Of a stretch of DNA of 64,000 bases, positions 12,850-27,543 are shown in pieces. Source of the stretch: Octopus vulgaris (lineage: Eukaryota). The notes below the pieces were generated by a model, which was not told where the DNA came from, searched no databases, and worked only from the letters and a program-made list of their open reading frames with translations. A program made the translations under genes and the position numbers. The DNA lies in contig OX597822.1 in assembly GCA_951406725.2 (NCBI GenBank), forward strand, positions 8,494,001 to 8,558,000, written 5' to 3'. The number at the start of each line of letters is the position of its first letter. Position 1 is the first letter of the stretch.

Positions 12850-15479
12850 TATGTAGGACTAAATTATTTGAAGTGCTCATCCTATTCTAATACTGTAATA
12901 TTAATTGACTCTTTCTCGTACATGGGGATTTACATCAGGTAAACTGAATTAAGGAATACTGGTGTAACATCTAGAAGCTTTCTGGTACGAAGATTTAAGT
13001 TACATGAAGCTGAGACAAACAGATATATAATAATGTGTGTGTACATGCGTGTGTAAATGCATCCATGCGTGCGTATACGCTGAACGAGAGAGAGAGAGAG
13101 AGCAATATATGTATAGTTTACTGCTTATATCTATAAACGATAAACGACGCCAGGAAGATATGACGATGTTAAATAATAATTTCTTTCTTTAATTATTGAT
13201 TGTAATATTAGTGTTTGAATATGAGCAGTTGGTGTGATTAAAGAAAATTGTTTTAGTTTGCTTATTTCTAATCTTATGAAAATCTGCATTTTTCTTACGT
13301 ACTGAAACTAACCTGTTAAGATGTGTCTAGTAGAGTTTGGTTGAACACTATGACAAAGAAATCATCATCCTTTAGTTGAATGTTCGTCCTTGGTTGACCT
13401 GAAATAGGAAATCCTATATAAAAGAATATTCGATACATTCCCTTGGGGTATAATTTTCATTGAAATTTTACTTATTCAACTGTTTTACTCTTTTCAGTGG
13501 AGGTGTACGGTTTACGGAAGTTTTGGCTGCTTTTGGAATCAGGTCAAACGAGAAGGTAAATGCGCCGAAGATACCTTAATGATTGGTTTTGTATGGTATC
13601 TCTCAAGATATGTATATGAGTGATTGAAAGTATGACAGAGAATATGCACTAATAAATTTGTTCTTAATTTTATAAATGGTTACATTATCCCATTTCTTTC
13701 AGTACAAGGCGAATGATCGGTAATGTGTTGAAGCCATATAGCAATGTTTACATTTATGGCAAATGATCTGCTCTTAGCAGTATGACGTTTGTGTTATCAT
13801 GTCTAATGTAGCTAACCGCTACGAAATTTTAATTAAGTGACTTGTATGTGCATCATATTCTTAATGCTTTTTCTGCTAATCCGATTGTTCTTACAATGTT
13901 TGTTGTACAGGTTTATGAAGATTGTGAATGAATCCCTTTGCTTTAAATTATGTTCACCTCAAATACCCTAGCAAAACTAGTTCACAGCATTTTAATTGAG
14001 AACGCTGAAAATGCCAGAATGTTTATTTCGATTCATACACATCTCGATAGAAGTAATAGTCCGTAGTTGGTTTATCTGCTTCATTAATTAGAATCTTTTG
14101 TTTTCTATTCGTGAAGAATAATCGTAAATGAAGCAATGACTTGTACAGAAATCAATCAATCATAGGCTTTCCTTTGAAACTTTAATATATTGTATGGTAA
14201 ATACTCATTATCATTTTCCAGTGAAACAGTTCCTCATGAATCATTAAAATTTATTAATTTTTCACTACTAGTGTATCTACAGCATGCTGAGAAAAGGAAA
14301 ATTTATGAGACTTAATTAATAGCAATTAATCAAATGTATAAGTGCTATTTAATCCATTATCCTGTCTGTTGGTTCATTATATTTGCAGTTATGTTCATCT
14401 TTCTTAACTTTCAAGACTAAAATATTTGTATTGTCAATTCTAGGCCTCCTTAACATCGACTAACATAGCATTTGATTTACACGAAGCACAAACTACAACT
14501 CTACAACCTGCGTAATATATCTCTGGAAATGGCAGGATATTTTTGACATGTGACAATGGACGAATATAGAACTACATAGATGAAATGCAATTCACTTCAT
14601 AGATTAAAGAAAACTATTTCTACTGCAAGCGAGTAACGTAGCCATATGTTCATTGCATATCGCCTATCACTATCATACAATCGATCTATGTGTTCAAAAC
14701 TTGGTTATTTATAATATATTTATCTATTGTACTCTCAGTACTCGTTTCCTGCTTCAGTCACTGCGTTCGCACAATCCTGCCTAAAATATGCGATATTTTA
14801 TATTTATTATTGTTATTACAAACGACGTCTCTTGTGTAGGATATGTTTGATGATAGCAATACTCATTTGAAACAATTGACTGTTATTATTAACATCGCTA
14901 TTTTCAATCATATATTCAGTTGATTATATCTAAATTTTCTTTTTACAAATATATTAGGAAACATCTTCCAGCTCAGACGACAAAGATTATATACTGAGAG
15001 GAAAATATTGAATGCACTAATGCCAAATAAAATTGGTTGTCCAGTCTTGATATTTGTTAGAGAATTGATTGATATTTGTTACAGAGATCCAATTGAAATT
15101 ATTGCTATCTCATTTTGTGCAAAACCGAGAAGCGGAAGCTAAAATAACGTTCTTGTTATGTAAAGTAACTCAATAATACATTTGTTATGTAGTAAATATG
15201 CTATTGGCACTGACCATGGCTAATTACTTCTGCTGGTCAAACGTAATTATTGCTTATGTGCAAATACAGCTAATACTAATTAGCTTTAATTCAACTGATA
15301 ATTTACATGATTTTTTATGAAGAGATTAGATTCTGTAAAAATACATGCTATATGTTTGATATACTCTCTAGCAATATTTACTTGACGATAGACACAAATT
15401 TATCTGCTAAGTTATGATATGAGGTAAAGTCTAGGATCGAAGAAAATTAGTGATAGATTGAAACTCTTTTAGGAGGCTA

Positions 15480-16900
15480 CTTTTGAATTTATCATACAAG
15501 AGTATAATTGAATACACCGATTTGGGGTGTGTGCGTCTGAGTTTGGAGACAAAGATAGTCTTAGTAATCTTCATAGTTTTTAGCGGGAGGCGTGATATTG
15601 TAGTTGTTAATTCTGCATTTTAAGTGTCTGATGTTGAATACGACGGGTAAAAAATTGTGAGTGTATATTGCAGTGCAGCGAGGTTTTAGAAGAATGTAGA
15701 GTAGGAAGAATGCATACAATTGCCTGGCTTTGAGGCTAACGCTTTTACAGTGTGAATCTGAGAGGGGTATATGTTGAATAAAATCATCATCAACTGATCA
15801 TCCTCTCTTTTTTTCTTACCCAAAGCCAGGCAATTTTCATCACATACTCGTAAAGTGGTTAATGTAGCGGCTAAAATGATACGAGTAAGTCAGAGGTGCC
15901 TGCGTTTGAGTGGTACAAGACCAGCTAAATTGTAGGAACAGAGGTCATTGTTACAAAATAAGAGGAGTGGAGAGTTGGTGCGATGGGAAAAAGAACGTCA
16001 GGTGTCCATCTGTGATGAACTTATTTGGTATAAGTTCTATAGCCTTGTCCTTCAATCAGCTGGAATAGAATGTCTGAAGTTACAGCAGCAGTACAACTCC
16101 CAATGTGGGAGTAATGCTGCAAAATGGTATCACCCAAACATTCTCAAGAGCCAGAAATGATTGAGGAATACAGTATTTTCTGCGTCTAAAGCGAAGCACC
16201 AGACTTTGCGCTGCAGTGCTAGAAATATTTAAGGTTTCTCCATGTGTGATCACAAATGATAGCGACTAGGGTGTATAGCATTTAAAAACTTTGTGAGGGT
16301 TCTAGTTTCATTGCGTATTCCTGATTAAGATATGTGTAGTGCAATTATATTTTGTTTATATGAGTATTAGTTGTGTCTTTGAGATGTTGGAAGTGCTGTA
16401 ATGACCGGACCCTATTGGAGAATACATTCACAAACGCCTTACAAGCTCTCCATGAGGAATTACCACGAGACGCGTGGATTGCATAATACTGATGCTTATA
16501 CAAGTGAGTTTCTAATGGCAGGAATATTGATAATCCACCTAAGTGTGGATGCTGATGCTTGCTAAACCGAAGAGGTCGTTGTTAAAATGAATGAAGTGTG
16601 ATGGTCGTGGGCAGAAATAGCATATTTCATTTTCGCTTTTATAAATTGTAGGTGCCAGGAGAGTTCTATCCGTACTTGTCATTAGAGGGCAATCTAATTG
16701 TAGTATTGAACTTTTGATGTTAGTAGTATTCAGTAAATAATGTTGGTTGGACAGAAGGGACGGAGAATGCAGTGGAGTTGTGCGTGTGTGTTAGAGGATC
16801 GTTTTGAATAGATTATGGGTTTAGCACTAAAGTAGCCATATGAAAACTATGTACTTACACTTTAAGACTAGCATTTCTGTAACCATTTTCTGTTAGAATG
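15480..16900 (-). mobile_element. Possible highly decayed APE-type LINE fragment
   Basis: Purine-skewed block with only a PIGSGH (SDH-like) trace near 16400; no intact motifs. Confidence 0.25.
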
Positions 16901-17211
16901 TGTTATTGACGAGTTTCATTTCTTCACTTCCCTGAAGAGAAGATTACATTGCTTTCCACCATTTATTCCTTTGGAATAATATCTGTGATATCTTCGAAAC
17001 ATGTGTCGGAAGTAAAAGTATTTGAATTATACCTGAGTTAAACTTCATTCATTTATTTATATATTATACAAAAAATTCCATGTAAACCTGAAGTTTCTAC
17101 CTTCAAAAACAAGGAGTTACAATCTCTTTACTTGTGTGATATTTTGCTACCCTGGTAACTATTTATCTATGTTTCCGTGTTAAGTGTTAACAAGGTAAAA
17201 ATACACTCATC

Positions 17212-17258
<47 letters not shown>

Positions 17259-17260
<2 letters not shown>

Positions 17261-17662
17261 TCTTTTACTCTTTTACTTGTTTCAGTCATTTGACTGCGGT
17301 CATGCTGGAGCACCGCCTTTAGTCGAGCAAATCGACCCCGGGGCTTATTCTTTGTAAGCCCAGTACTTATTCTATCGGTCTCTTTTGCCGAACCACTAAG
17401 TTACGGGGACGTAAACACACCAGCATCGGTTGTCAAGCAATGCTAGGGAGACAAAGACAGACACACAAACACACACACACACACACATATATATATAAAT
17501 ATATACGACAGGCTTCTTTCAGTTTCCGTCTACCAAATCCACTCACAAGGCTTTGGTCGGCCCGAGACTATAGTAGAAGACACTTGCCTAAGGTGCCACG
17601 CAGTGCGACTGAACCCGGAACCATGTGGTTGGTTAGCAAGCTACTTACCACACAGCCACTCT
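17259..17662 (-). mobile_element. SINE family A, copy 3
   Basis: Reverse-complement match to 350-757. Confidence 0.92.
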
Positions 17663-17689
17663 TATATATATATATATATACATATATAT

Positions 17690-18830
17690 AGGTTGTCCGG
17701 AAAGTTCTCAGTGTTTTTAGGCTAAATCTTTGAACGCTTCATTGAACACGCCTGAATCATAACATAGTTAAAACTTTGGTGTTGCTTGCAGTGGTAGTGC
17801 ATTTCTTCTTTGTCCTTCACTAAACATAGATCTATCGTTCATTCTAGTTACCCGTTACTGACATTTGAAATGGATAGCGGACAATCTCATATTCACGCTG
17901 TAGAATATTTGTTTATTAAAAAACAAAAGGAGAAAATGCCGCAGACTTGCAAAAACATTTGTGAAGTTTAATGGTTATGATTCTGTAGGTGAATCAAATG
18001 TTCAAAGGTAGTTTACAAAATTTAATGCTGGACAGTTGAGCTTAGAAGATAACTGTTGCAGTGGAAAAACTTCAAAATTGGATGAAGATGTTTTGAAGAG
18101 AAAATTGGAAGAAAACACAAATAACACGACTAGAGAACTTGCAGAGAAGTTGGAAGTTTCTAAAAGCACGGCTCATAAACACCTAATGAAACTGGGATAC
18201 GTTGCCCGTTATAATGTATTGGTCTGTCACAAACGCTCAGAAAATAATTGCTTGGACCGGTATTCTGTTTGTGACATGTATTGTGTACGAAAACGTAGCG
18301 CATTAAAGATCGTGGGGTTTGCGTAAAGATACCTCAAAACAGCAACCAAAGACGAATATCCATGACAAAAAGCTATGATTTGGGTTCGGTTGGATCATAA
18401 ATGCATTATTTATTAGGAGTTTCTCCCACAAAACCGTACCATTAATTCTGGTATACTGTCTTCAGCTAGCTAATTTGAATTTAAAATATCAGAGACCTGA
18501 GACCGGAGATTACCAACAGGAAAGGGGTAGAGTTCCAACAAGATAATGCCCACCTACACGTGTCTTTAGCTACCCGAAAATAGTTAGATGTACTTGGCCG
18601 GTATTTCTAACCCCATCCACTATATTCTCCTAACATTGCACCATCCGACTCCCACTTGTTTTGTCTATATAGAAATCATTGCAAGGACAAAGGTTTAACG
18701 GTTTAGTTGTATCTGGATAACTTGTGTACTTTAAAACCAGTCAAATCTTATGGTGATGGGGTATTTAAATTGCCTGATAGATTGAATAAAATATATTGAA
18801 AGGTCAGTTATTTATATTCCTTTGTGTATG
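17690..18830 (+). mobile_element. Decayed mariner (DD34D-type) transposon
   Basis: LED..SG..TTRELAEKLEVSKSTAHKHL; LVCHKRSE (WVPHEL-like); QQDNAHLH; HPLYSPNIAPSDSHLF; many stops and frameshifts. Confidence 0.85.
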
Positions 18831-19293
18831 TTAAAAATGTTCATGCATGTATAAAAGTATGTATGGATGTGGGTGTGTACGTATGTATGTATGTATGCAT
18901 GCGTGTATACATGTATAAGAAGAGATGAAAGTGACTAATAAGTCCCGGTAGATATCTAAAAAGTAATTTGTATTATGTATGTGTGTATGTATATATGTAT
19001 GTACACGTATATTTATGCATAAATGCGCATATATATATATATAATATTAGGGTGTAAATCCAAACTTACTGGGAAAAATTAGATTAAGGATTAAATCAAA
19101 TTTCACAGTATAAATATAAATTAAATTAGAGATAAAACCACTATTAGGTATATCAAACAGTGAAAAACATAAACCAAAATATAAAAATAAATATAATTAA
19201 TATAATATACAAAATATATAAAATATAAAATTTAAAATTAAGTTATTTAAATTAAAAAGTTTTAATTTATATTCATAAATTTTTATATGTTTT

Positions 19294-19330
<37 letters not shown>

Positions 19331-19332
<2 letters not shown>

Positions 19333-19558
19333 GGAGTAAACACATAATTGTGAAACAAGGTGGAAAAAGAGTACTCAAATACCAGTGGTAGAGTAATATG
19401 CTTTATTTTAAGCAGCAGAACATTCAACAAAATCTGTTACTCTGAGTTTCTCGTTGCCGTTCATCAGACAGTTTTTGCTAGCAAAAACTGTCTGATGAAC
19501 GGCAACGAGAAACTCAGAGTAACAGATTTTGTTGAATTTTCTGCTGCTTAAAATAAAG
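19331..19558. mobile_element. Fold-back element: 79-bp arms (19401-19479 / 19480-19558) with one HHR per arm
   Basis: Centre TTTTTGCTAGCAAAAA; + HHR 19488-19525 CTGT-CTGATGA-ACGgcaaCGA-GAAA-CTCaGAG-TA-ACAG; mirror at 19434-19471; left unit extends to 19331. Confidence 0.88.
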
Positions 19559-19582
19559 TAAATATATATATATATATATATG

Positions 19583-19756
<174 letters not shown>

Positions 19757-20049
19757 TTCAAGCACGTGCACTCATTAGAGGTGTATATATTACATGCATA
19801 TAAAATATAATTCCCTACTTGAAATATTCACGTGGTTGAATAACGCATATAAATTAAAAATATATAATTTAACAGTTCCATAAAATTACGAAAGTATCTC
19901 AGCATATTATATGATTTAAAGGAACTTAATTATTCTGTAAAAGATAGCACTTCACATTCAGTGAGTTTTAAAATTATCCGTTTTCAGAACAAATTTTTGC
20001 TTCATACTTTAACAGACAGAAGATATTTCATCCTTAATGAGTTGCTGAC

Positions 20050-20800
20050 AGTCTTGAAATATGCAGTTAACATGTGTTGATAGATTTAAAATACTCTGGA
20101 TATGCACGGATAGGTCCCGATACGTATGAAATGGTATTCGTTAATGTAAATGATTTGCTGATATCTAGCAACAATCCTCAACAATATGTATACAGTTATA
20201 GATATTTACTGTATGTTACGAACCCCATAACGTATTAAGTTATGTAATGTATCTGCTCAAAGTAAAAAAGTATGTGTACCTATTGTGTCTCACTCATCAA
20301 ACTCATACGCCCTGTAATTACTAGTCTCCAGACATCAGATCATCGGGTTTTTACTAAGAACATTTTACCCATGCCTTACCCATTTTTATCAGTTTATAGA
20401 ACAATGTATAAAAAAGCAAATTCCTTCTCTAACAATACCAAATCTGTACAAGACTCGCATGACGTCGATCCTTCTGTAAGGATCTGAGCGCTAAGGCAGA
20501 ACAAATAGATCAGGCATTTCATCAAAAGAGCTTCAAAAGGTTGCTACTCATCACGTACACAGCTCACAAAACCAACAGCTTTGTCGGGTAGCATGTCAAA
20601 AAATATTCTGATATCAGACAAAATCTTTGCACAGGTAAAACTATGAAAGCTTGCGTGGTACGCTCATGTAACACTCAACAGCTCCCTCTTCAAAACTATT
20701 TATCTGGGCTCAATTGAGTGGCAAACAGATAAAATCCCTCGTCTGATATCAGGGTCTGAACAGGTCACAGCTACTACGTGATCCTGATATGCATTATATG
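20050..20800 (+). mobile_element. Possible ancient Copia-type RT relic
   Basis: VFVNVNDLLI near 20135-20165 resembles copia LVYVDDIL; remainder badly decayed. Confidence 0.25.
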
Positions 20801-20981
20801 GAACAGATACCTGGGGACGACGTCTGTGAGCAAAACCATCTAGTGTGGCAACCCAACGACTAGTTGCTTCACTTAACAGGACTTAATGCGGATTGCTAAT
20901 GAGAAATTCATTCTGAAAACCAAATTAATACACATTATTGATTACACTTATTTTACACCTGTAGAAGGTACAATTATGGAC

Positions 20982-21077
20982 TTTCCTCAATATAGCTGGT
21001 TGAGGTAAAGAATAAGTTTCCTCAATGTACCTGGTTGAGGTAAAGAATAAGTTTCCTCAATGTACCTGGTTGAGGTA
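20982..21077. repeat. 35-bp tandem repeat, about 2.7 copies
   Basis: Unit TTTCCTCAATGTACCTGGTTGAGGTAAAGAATAAG at 20982, 21017, 21052; CCTCAA/TTGAGG hairpin in each unit. Confidence 0.9.
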
Positions 21078-21977
21078 ATGAAGGAAAATATATTTCTTGG
21101 CTGCGTGAAAATGTAAATGAGTAACACTTGCTTACGTTTAATAGAAGAATTTACCTTTGCAGGAAAGTAAGAGGGTAAGCATCTTTGTTAGGAATATTTG
21201 AAAGGAGAATATCGACACCACCATTTAAAGTTGCCATTTGTATTTTTAAAGAAATTGTTTGAAATCACGCAAATGAAAGGATATGGAAAGATTAAATGTT
21301 GGCCATTATATAGCGAAGTCGGGATGTTCAGAATCAGATACGCTTCGCAACCATTCAACCGCGAGAAGGCACTTCCTGCATTGGATGCAACTGCTATTTT
21401 GGGCAAGACCAATGATACGACTAAGCTAACAGTCTTCTCAGCGTAATAGCTTGAAGAGTTAGGGTTTGCGGTGGTTGGAATGGTATGCGTGACAGTGTAC
21501 CGCTCATCCTTTGATCTCGTCGTTGTGGTGTCAGTGATGAGTTCAGGTTCACGTGCTTAATGTGTGGGGTCAATTTTGAACGCTGATTCCGTTGCATATT
21601 TCTGAGCCGAATGTCACAAAATGTCGAGGAGATAAATGTCGGTAATCCAGTTTCATGGCTCTACTTGTCCTTTCTTCAATGGTTGTGTTGAGGTAGATGA
21701 AAGTCGGGTGTCATTAGATGCTACAAGCAAAATTAGTATTTCACCAACGCTGCTATCGAGATTTAGAAGATACAAGGAGATTCTAGAGGCTTGAATAATG
21801 CAATGTTTTCATACCAACAATATATATAAACTCCTGGGCATTGATAACGTATTTATTGCAATATAAGAAGTTAAAGATTTCTGTGAATTTTAATTTAACT
21901 TTATGCATATTTGTCTTGGATAATTATTTTTGATAAATTTCGAAAAAAACGTAGATTAAGTAGTGCGGTTATATATA

Positions 21978-22036
<59 letters not shown>

Positions 22037-22273
22037 ATGCATGTATGTATATATAATGCTCTCTGTTCTGAACTTCACAGAATCATTGATTATACTGGTA
22101 TTATTATTGCAGATATTTACAGACTAATTATTGTTAATTTCCCGTTGGGGCTATAAAATTCTACCGGATATGATAGTAGTATATAATATAATAGCAGAAT
22201 ATAATAGCATAATGTATTCGCAAATACGCTAATAAACGAGAATGATTGAGAGATTAAATACTCCTTATATCTA

Positions 22274-22323
<50 letters not shown>

Positions 22324-23784
22324 TGTATGTATATATATATATATATATGTATGTATGGATGGATGTATGGATGTATGAATATATATATATATATATATAT
22401 AAAGTTATTTACGATCAATCTAGTATGGTGTAGTTTATTGCACTTGTTATTATATATCTTATCTTTTCGTTCATATTGAAGATCCAGTTATGAGATAATG
22501 TACGTAGTCTTTACAATAAACATGATTATAAAATAATTACCATGAAGATGTACTAAAAATTACGGCGTATATATTAATGGTACGTAGACTTTCATTTTAT
22601 ATTTCATTTATTGCCTGGTGTTTTCTTTTTTTGTTTCGCTTTTGTAATCCAATTAATCGGAATCAAAACAGTACGAGTTATAATTTCTTTTATAATGACA
22701 CGTATCATTCAGGAGTAAATGTGTACAAATAATAATTTGAAGCTGTCTGTAGTGTCTTAAATGAAAGATAATAGCGTTGAATTATTAATGCCTCAAAAAT
22801 TATCTTTATATCATATTTAATTATATATTAACTAGCTTGTTTCCTTATTGTTTTTCTTGAGGAATTGCATTATGAAGTAAGAATTGAAAATGAAAAAAAG
22901 TTATTTGTTTCTTTATTGTAAATCAACACATTTATAGGACACACTTGTGAAGATCGATCAAAAATTATTTTCTCAAATAAAACGAGAAAAGGAAACACAA
23001 TTCTCTACAGCAATTATGTCGCTAGAATTTGCATATTAAAAGAATATTTAAGTAGTGTACTAAAATTTCTTTGTTGAAGTATTGACGCAATTTATAATCA
23101 TTCAAGTTAAGGTTTTTGTAATTTTGAAAATACCATAATTTTTCAATTGCGGGCATCGATTAATAAGATTAGAGATCCAATAACAGAAATTCGGCATTTC
23201 AATTATTTGACTCTTTTGGCAGTTAGTTATAGGATGTAGTTTTAATTATTTTTGGTTTTATTGATTTCAATACTTTGCTTTGTCAACATAAATGTAAAAG
23301 ATACAAAGTCCAATATAAAAAAAAACATTGTAATTGTCTTAGTTAAAGTAGTAGCCCTCTTTCTTGTAATGGAACTTTTTAGGAGTTCACAAAAGAACGT
23401 CAAAGTTTGGAATATTTTAGTTAGTCAAACAACTCACACCCAAATTTGTACACCGGCTTAGAAATTGTTGCATACATGAATACACGCTAAACAATAACTT
23501 CACCCCAGATTTAATCAATAAATATTTCTCCACACAACTCTCCATAACAACCCACTCTGAAACCTAATTGCCACTCCACTCAAACCCAGAGACAGATGGA
23601 GAGGTTTACCTTAACACAGTGTATATAAAGCCAAGATGAAATTCCGCGCGCATCACAATCCGACAATGATTTACTGGCCAAAACTTCCGAATCACGGTTA
23701 GTAATATTCCTGATTAAGAATATTAAATATATATGCATATAAGTATGTATATGTGTCTGTACACATTCATACATACATACATAT

Positions 23785-23844
<60 letters not shown>

Positions 23845-24621
23845 ATGCATATATATATATATATATATATGCATATACATACTTTATATATAATACACGT
23901 ATATACGTATATGTATATATATATATGTGTATATATGCATATATATATGTGCATGCGTGTGTGCATATATATATGCATGCATGTATGCTTGTGTGCATGT
24001 ATATACATAGACGTTACATTATAGAATCGAAAGTCAAAACTGAGAGTTCAAAGCAATTATAGTTACTACTTTTCTGATTCCATAGAATCAGTTGCTCGAA
24101 ATACCTAATCAATATAATTAGAGACGAAATTGCTATAAAATTTGCTAATAAAATTCTAAATATGTCATTTTCCAATGACATCTTGGTAGTAAATATTTAC
24201 AATGATTTTCTATTCGCTATAAAAGTTCATTCCGATTGACCTTATAGCGTACAACCTGAAAATAGATTTACAAAAATTGTCGGTGTCACAAAAGCTGTTT
24301 TCCTAGATATTGGAAACTCACTTGAATGGAGCAGTTGTTTTGCAGAAAATCGCAGAAATATAAACCTATGCAAATGAAATTAAGGTTTACCATTAAATCC
24401 CTCATAATGAGCGAATCTAATTTCTTTTGCTCACTCAAATTACCAATAATGTCTAACAATAACAAAGCAGAATCTAACGTATTGAGCTACATTATTCATG
24501 AGTTAAAATATTGTCTGTCAGACCCCAATAATTTATCACTATACATTTATACACTATACACACATATGCACACTCACATACGTATTAATATATATACAAA
24601 CACGCATATATATATATATGC

Positions 24622-24662
<41 letters not shown>

Positions 24663-24691
24663 AGAATGCCATATTAGTATGGCGATAACTA

Positions 24692-24749
<58 letters not shown>

Positions 24750-24752
<3 letters not shown>

Positions 24753-25296
24753 GATGCGAAGGATTCAGCGGTACATATGTTTCGAGCCTTTATTAGACAG
24801 ATTTATAACAATGCATAATGTATGTCTGTGGCCTTCTTCAGCCGCGCACAACAGCTTCCACAAGGACATGTGTTACATCAAAAATTCTTGGTTGGGGATG
24901 CAAATCCTCTCATTCGCGTACGACATAATGCGGCAGCGGCATAGAATTGAAGCGTCCATCTCTTTCTTCTCTCAATGTAGAATGAGAGAAGAAAGAGATG
25001 GACGCTTCAATTCTATGCTGCTGCCGCATTATGTCGTACGCGAATGAGAGGATTTGCATCCCCAACCAAGAATTTTTGATGTAACACATGTCCTTGTGGA
25101 AGCTGTTGTGCGCGGCTGAAGAAGGCCACAGACATACATTATGCATTGTTATAAATCTGTCTAATAAAGGCCCGAAACATATGTACCGCTGAATCCTTCG
25201 CATCATGTTTTTATTTTGATCAATTTACTCCACCACCTACACCACCAAATGGTATACACAGGTGCTTATAATTATCAAGTACTCACCCCGAATTTC
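24750..25296. mobile_element. Fold-back element: ~229-bp arms (24750-24978 / 24979-25207) with one HHR per arm
   Basis: Near-perfect palindrome (mirror ORFs 24679+ and 24910- translate almost identically); + HHR 25112-25189 GCGG-CTGAAGA-A-GGCC..GGCC-C-GAAA-CATATG-TA-CCGC; mirror at 24768-24845. Confidence 0.9.
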
Positions 25297-25799
25297 TATA
25301 TATATATACATATATATACTTATATGCATATATATATGCATATACATAAATATATATCCACATAGATATTCCTATATATATATATATATCAACTAAATAT
25401 AAGGATAAAATGTATATGATATTTTATCAAGTAGCCAGTGTGTAAAACCAATGAACCAATTAATCCGAAGTATATAATTTTTTTTTAATACATATTTCAT
25501 GGATATGTAAGTATAAACAATTGTTAATGCTCTGTAGATATGTTGTGTTCGTATGGTATGTATAAATGTTTATGTTTATATAATTCTGGCTATGCTTGTA
25601 TTGACGACTGGAGAGCGTGTTACAGCACTGTCCATGAAATCGTTTCGATATGCAACTGAACCTTTCAAAATAATTTTTTCTACGCATATTCCCTCGATTT
25701 CGGCGCGTATGTATATTTGATAAAGTAGCTTGACTTTAACCCAATTATGTGGCTTTACTTAGAATAACAGTCCTTAATGTAATCATATATATATATATA

Positions 25800-25855
<56 letters not shown>

Positions 25856-26219
25856 TATGTATGTATGTATGTATATTCTATTCCCATACTATCCGAACGG
25901 CGTGCACTTTTTCAATCATCAGAATTTTCTGTCATGGATGTAGACGGAAGCAGTTACCCATTTAGTAACACGCAAATACTTACAGTAATCTGTGCGATAT
26001 AATATGGAACGAAACTATTCTTATAAAGTACTGCTACAACTCAACCGATGGCTTCTATATAAGTGAATCTATAGAAAGTGGCATTAGTTACACATTTTGT
26101 TTTGAGTCATTTGGCTATACTGCATTTTCTCGCTACCATTCTCTTTTTTCCTATACATATATATATCTGTACATACTTATGTATGTGCGTATGCGTGAAT
26201 TGATGTATATACATATATG

Positions 26220-26250
<31 letters not shown>

Positions 26251-27134
26251 ACGTATGTGTGTGTGTTATGCGTGTGTGTTTAATGATTATTTGCATGCAT
26301 TTAATCTTAACCCAATTATGTGTGATACTAAATGTCGATGCGTGTTTATGTGTTTACGTTGATTAAATTAGTTAAACGATGGCACATTAGTCAGCTTGAG
26401 ATGAAATATTCTTACTTACAGTCATATATATTTTGCTAGTGTGCATTCGGGTATAACAAGATAAAGCACAGTACGATACTCCTTATATACAATACATAGT
26501 GTAAACACTGTAGCAGTTACTGGGTGAAGCCTGAGTGCAGAAAAGCATATATTTCTCCATCGTTACGCTTCATCACCAACGTATACGCATGAGATCATCT
26601 TCTATGTTATAGTGGTGTATTTATACCTGCATATTCAATAAGGAAAATTTAAATCGAGGCAAGTTGTTTGGAATATTGTCGTTCCATCTTCGAATATATT
26701 TGACATGGTAAATGAGATTACCCATAGCTGTTTCATTCAACGCATTTTAGCATGCGTTTATTTAATTTATTCCAGCTTGACAATGAATTCCGTATGTCAG
26801 CATATTTGTTATGTTAACATAGAACGATATGCTGATGTGTTCTTAATGGCCATAAATTACGGTTCAGTGGACGCACTCGAGGAAGCGTATCGAAAGAGAA
26901 ACTCATGCGTCCTACGGTCCATTGATGTTATGTGTGACCTAATAGTGTGACTATACACATAGGTTCTATAACGAAAACTTCTCTACAGCATGCTGTATTC
27001 CTCTATCCGAATGTACATGATCTTGTTAAATATGACTATGGATACAAACATACAACAGATACACATATACACACATGCATACTCACTGACTAACCCATAT
27101 ACACACTCACCCACACCCATGTGTGTATTAAAAG

Positions 27135-27443
27135 TGTCACTCCGTCGGTTGTGACAACGCGGGGCCAACTGATCCCATCAATGGATCAGCCTACTCGTGG
27201 AATTAAAGTGCAAGAGGATGTGAACTCCACAGTCACGTTTACCCCAAACGTAGTTCTCAGGGACGTCCAGCGTGACAGGATGCCACAAGGGTGTCCCTTT
27301 GAAATAAAGGTGCTACTCATTTCCGCTAGTTGAGCAGACTGGAGCTACGTGGAATAGTACCTTGCTCAAGGACAGGAGGCATCACCAAGAATTGAACTCA
27401 TGATCTTACGACTATGAACATAATACACTATCAACTGAGCCAC
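27135..27443 (-). mobile_element. tRNA-derived SINE, family B (old copy)
   Basis: Minus-strand head GTGGCTCAGTTGATAG..GAGTTCAATTC followed by TGTCCTTGAGCAAGG, a conserved SINE-body motif. Confidence 0.65.
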
Positions 27444-27476
27444 TACACACATACACACACACACACACACACACAT

Positions 27477-27543
<67 letters not shown>

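Noticed and set aside
13498-13555. Possible small exon (TTTTTCAG..AAG/GTAAAT)
   Set aside because: Isolated, no recognisable peptide, no partner exons.
20982-21077. CRISPR-like 35-bp palindromic repeats
   Set aside because: No unique spacers, no cas genes, eukaryotic context.
24679-25206. Two near-identical opposite-strand ORFs as a gene pair
   Set aside because: A consequence of the palindrome; no recognisable protein motifs.
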